Shown here: in pieces, positions 62,028-64,000 of the stretch
Numbering within the stretch: position 1 is the first letter of the stretch
How the letters are laid out: each line of letters opens with the position of its first letter
Sequence record: MZ234052.1
Direction: 5' to 3' (one strand)
DNA: 64,000 nucleotides
Source: Escherichia phage vB_EcoM-PM133
The notes under the pieces: generated by a model
Databases searched by the model: none
The model's input: only the letters and a program-made list of their open reading frames with translations
Told to the model about the DNA's origin: nothing
Program-made: the position numbers and the translations under genes

Positions 62028-62345
62028 ATGAAAACATATCAAGAATTTATTGCAGAATCTGCCGCAGGACAACGTGTAGAAGGCGGTTATATTTGGATTG
62101 AACAAGTTGAGCCGCCGAGTCGCACTTCTACAGGTAAATGGAAAATCACTGTTGATGGTCCTGGTGGTAAACGTAGGACTCTTAAAGAAATTAACGGGTA
62201 CTATGAAGAAGCTCTTTCAGACGCGGGTACTTATATGATGCAAATTATGATTAAAAACCCAGAAAATCGTTTTGCAGCTAGAGTTTTTCGTCGTATTGGA
62301 AATAAGCTTTACGACGCATATTCTAAAAATTTTCCTAAAGAATAA
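62028..62345 (+). CDS. internal protein (ipII position) with leader MKTYQEFIAE
   Basis: 105 aa, SD AAGGAAA. Confidence 0.65.
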   Translation: MKTYQEFIAESAAGQRVEGGYIWIEQVEPPSRTSTGKWKITVDGPGGKRRTLKEINGYYEEALSDAGTYMMQIMIKNPENRFAARVFRRIGNKLYDAYSKNFPKE

Positions 62346-62361
62346 AAATTAAAGGAATCAT

Positions 62362-62835
62362 ATGAAAACATATCAAGAATTTATCACTGAAGCAGCTATT
62401 AATTCTCAAATTATTGCTGAATCTTTTACTGATCTTTTGAAATTTAAAAAAGGTCAAAAAATCACTGCTGTATTGGATGATGGTACAGAAGTTGAGATGG
62501 ATGTACAGGGATATAATTATGCAGTAGATGGAAAACTGTATAATAAATCTCATGCTAAATTTGATTCATTTGACGACTTTGTTAATACAGTTGAAGATGA
62601 AAAAACTCGTCGATCCATTGCAACCGGTGATGCTAAGGTTCTTATGGCACATGGTCATGAACGCATTCGCGCTAAACAGAATAAAATGGGCGAAGATAAT
62701 TTCGCATTAGTTGGTTATCAATCTGGTAAACAAACTTATGGTTATCAACGTACTGCTACCATGTATAATAAAAATGGTAAAATTGCCTTTGTAAATAGTA
62801 AAGGTTCTATTCAGTACGTTAAATCGTTCAAATAA
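62362..62835 (+). CDS. internal protein (ipIII position) with leader MKTYQEFITE
   Basis: 157 aa; 5' module repeated from upstream gene. Confidence 0.65.
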   Translation: MKTYQEFITEAAINSQIIAESFTDLLKFKKGQKITAVLDDGTEVEMDVQGYNYAVDGKLYNKSHAKFDSFDDFVNTVEDEKTRRSIATGDAKVLMAHGHERIRAKQNKMGEDNFALVGYQSGKQTYGYQRTATMYNKNGKIAFVNSKGSIQYVKSFK

Positions 62836-62913
62836 TATGGGAACAGCCTGGACCTCATTTGAGGTATTCCCGTCAACCTGTGATAAGGTCGAGCCAAAGC
62901 GCGGTAATGGGTA

Positions 62914-63510
62914 ATGCAGGAATGGACAACTCATGTGCCATGGAATGGCCCAAAAATTAAGAGAGAAAATATGAGAACATTTTTAACTGGCCCGTATCTA
63001 TCCCTGATGAATGCTTTTACACACCATTCTGATGCTAGAGTAGAAGAAATTTGTAAAAACGAATATATCCCGCCATTTGAAGAATTACTTAAGCAGTACT
63101 GCACACTTCGTATAGATGGTGGACGTCAATCTGGTAAATCAATTGCTGTGACTAACTTTGCTGCTAATTGGCTGTATGATGGCGGAACAGTTATTGTTCT
63201 TTCTAATACTTCAGCTTACGCTAAAATTTCTGCAAATAACATTAAAAAGGAATTTTCGCGTTATTCTAATGATGATATACGTTTTCGTTTATTTACTGAT
63301 TCTGTACGCAGTTTTATTGGTAATAAAGGAAGCAAGTTCAGAGGTTTATCGCTTTCGCGAATTTTGTATATAATTGATGAGCCTGTCAAATCTCCTGATA
63401 TGGATAAGATTTATAGCGTCCATATTGACACTGTACACTACTGCTGTAATAGTAAATGTTGTATTGGTGGTATTACTCGTCCACAGTTTTTCGTAATCGG
63501 AATGCAATAA
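62914..63510 (+). CDS. hypothetical P-loop NTPase-like protein
   Basis: Walker A GGRQSGKS and Walker B-like LYIIDE; alternative start at 62971. Confidence 0.5.
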   Translation: MQEWTTHVPWNGPKIKRENMRTFLTGPYLSLMNAFTHHSDARVEEICKNEYIPPFEELLKQYCTLRIDGGRQSGKSIAVTNFAANWLYDGGTVIVLSNTSAYAKISANNIKKEFSRYSNDDIRFRLFTDSVRSFIGNKGSKFRGLSLSRILYIIDEPVKSPDMDKIYSVHIDTVHYCCNSKCCIGGITRPQFFVIGMQ

Positions 63511-63836
63511 TGACAGACACACAGCTTTTCGAATATCTCTATTTTTCGCCAAAAACTATTAAAAATAAATTGGTAAATCATTTTGAAATTTTGGCAAATA
63601 ACAACATTTTAAGCGAATTTTATCCCAAGCAATACAAATTACAAAAAGGTGTATTCAAAGGATGCAGAGTTTTGTGCACTGCTCCTAACGCACAGTTAAT
63701 GAATAAAATTCCATATTTTACCATGGAATTTATTGATGGACCTTTTAAAGGACTAATCACCCAAAGTTTAATGGCATATGATTCTGAGCCATTTTTAATT
63801 AAAGAACAATCTTGGATAAATTTATTTTCTAATTGA
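63510..63836 (+). CDS. hypothetical protein
   Basis: 108 aa from ATG overlapping upstream stop. Confidence 0.45.
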
Positions 63837-63843
63837 GGTTTAT

Positions 63844-64000
63844 ATGAAAGCATATCAAATTCTTGAAGGCACACATAAAGGTACTATTTATTTTGAAGAT
63901 GGTATTCAAGCACGAATTATTGTCTCTAAAACCTTTAAAGAGGACTCTTTTGTAGACCCAGAAATTTTCTACGGTTTGCATGCTCGTGAAATTGAAATTG
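63844..64000 (+). CDS. hypothetical protein, 3'-truncated by window edge
   Basis: [16 protein letters not shown]... runs off the window. Confidence 0.4.

Overview
This window is a near-complete late-gene block of a T-even (T4-like, Tequatrovirus-type) myovirus, in reverse orientation relative to the usual T4 map. I did not find a self-contained novel multi-gene system; the unusual material is concentrated in the hyperplastic loci that encode capsid-injected proteins. All homology calls are from memory of T4 proteins (length, N-terminal sequence, motifs, synteny), not from a database search. Gene order is: 30.x ORFs, DNA ligase (30), two tandem Alt-type ADP-ribosyltransferase genes, baseplate hub operon 54-48-29-28-27-51 (minus strand), 26, 25, uvsY, uvsW, inh, hoc, rnlB, then the long minus-strand morphogenesis block 24-23-22-21-68-67-20-19-18-17-16-15-14-13-wac-12-11-10-9-8-7-6-5.4-5.1-5-53, then plus-strand 4-2-3-1-57A-57B, an ipI-position locus, a 10-tRNA cluster with a downstream structured RNA region, an e.x-like block of small ORFs, nudE, e (lysozyme), denV and two more internal-protein genes. 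The lysozyme differs from T4 at a few residues and Hoc is longer than in T4, so this is a close relative rather than T4 itself. Points worth a second look: a duplicated, diverged Alt gene; five genes carrying a T4-type capsid-targeting sequence (MKTYQEFIAE-like), one split by an in-frame TGA in a leaky context; dyad symmetries spanning the -10 of repeated early promoters; a tandem Ig-domain duplication in Hoc; tRNA-Tyr and tRNA-Asn beyond the T4 set; and a tandem family of small 2-TM proteins. No homing endonuclease, integrase, transposase or CRISPR array was seen.
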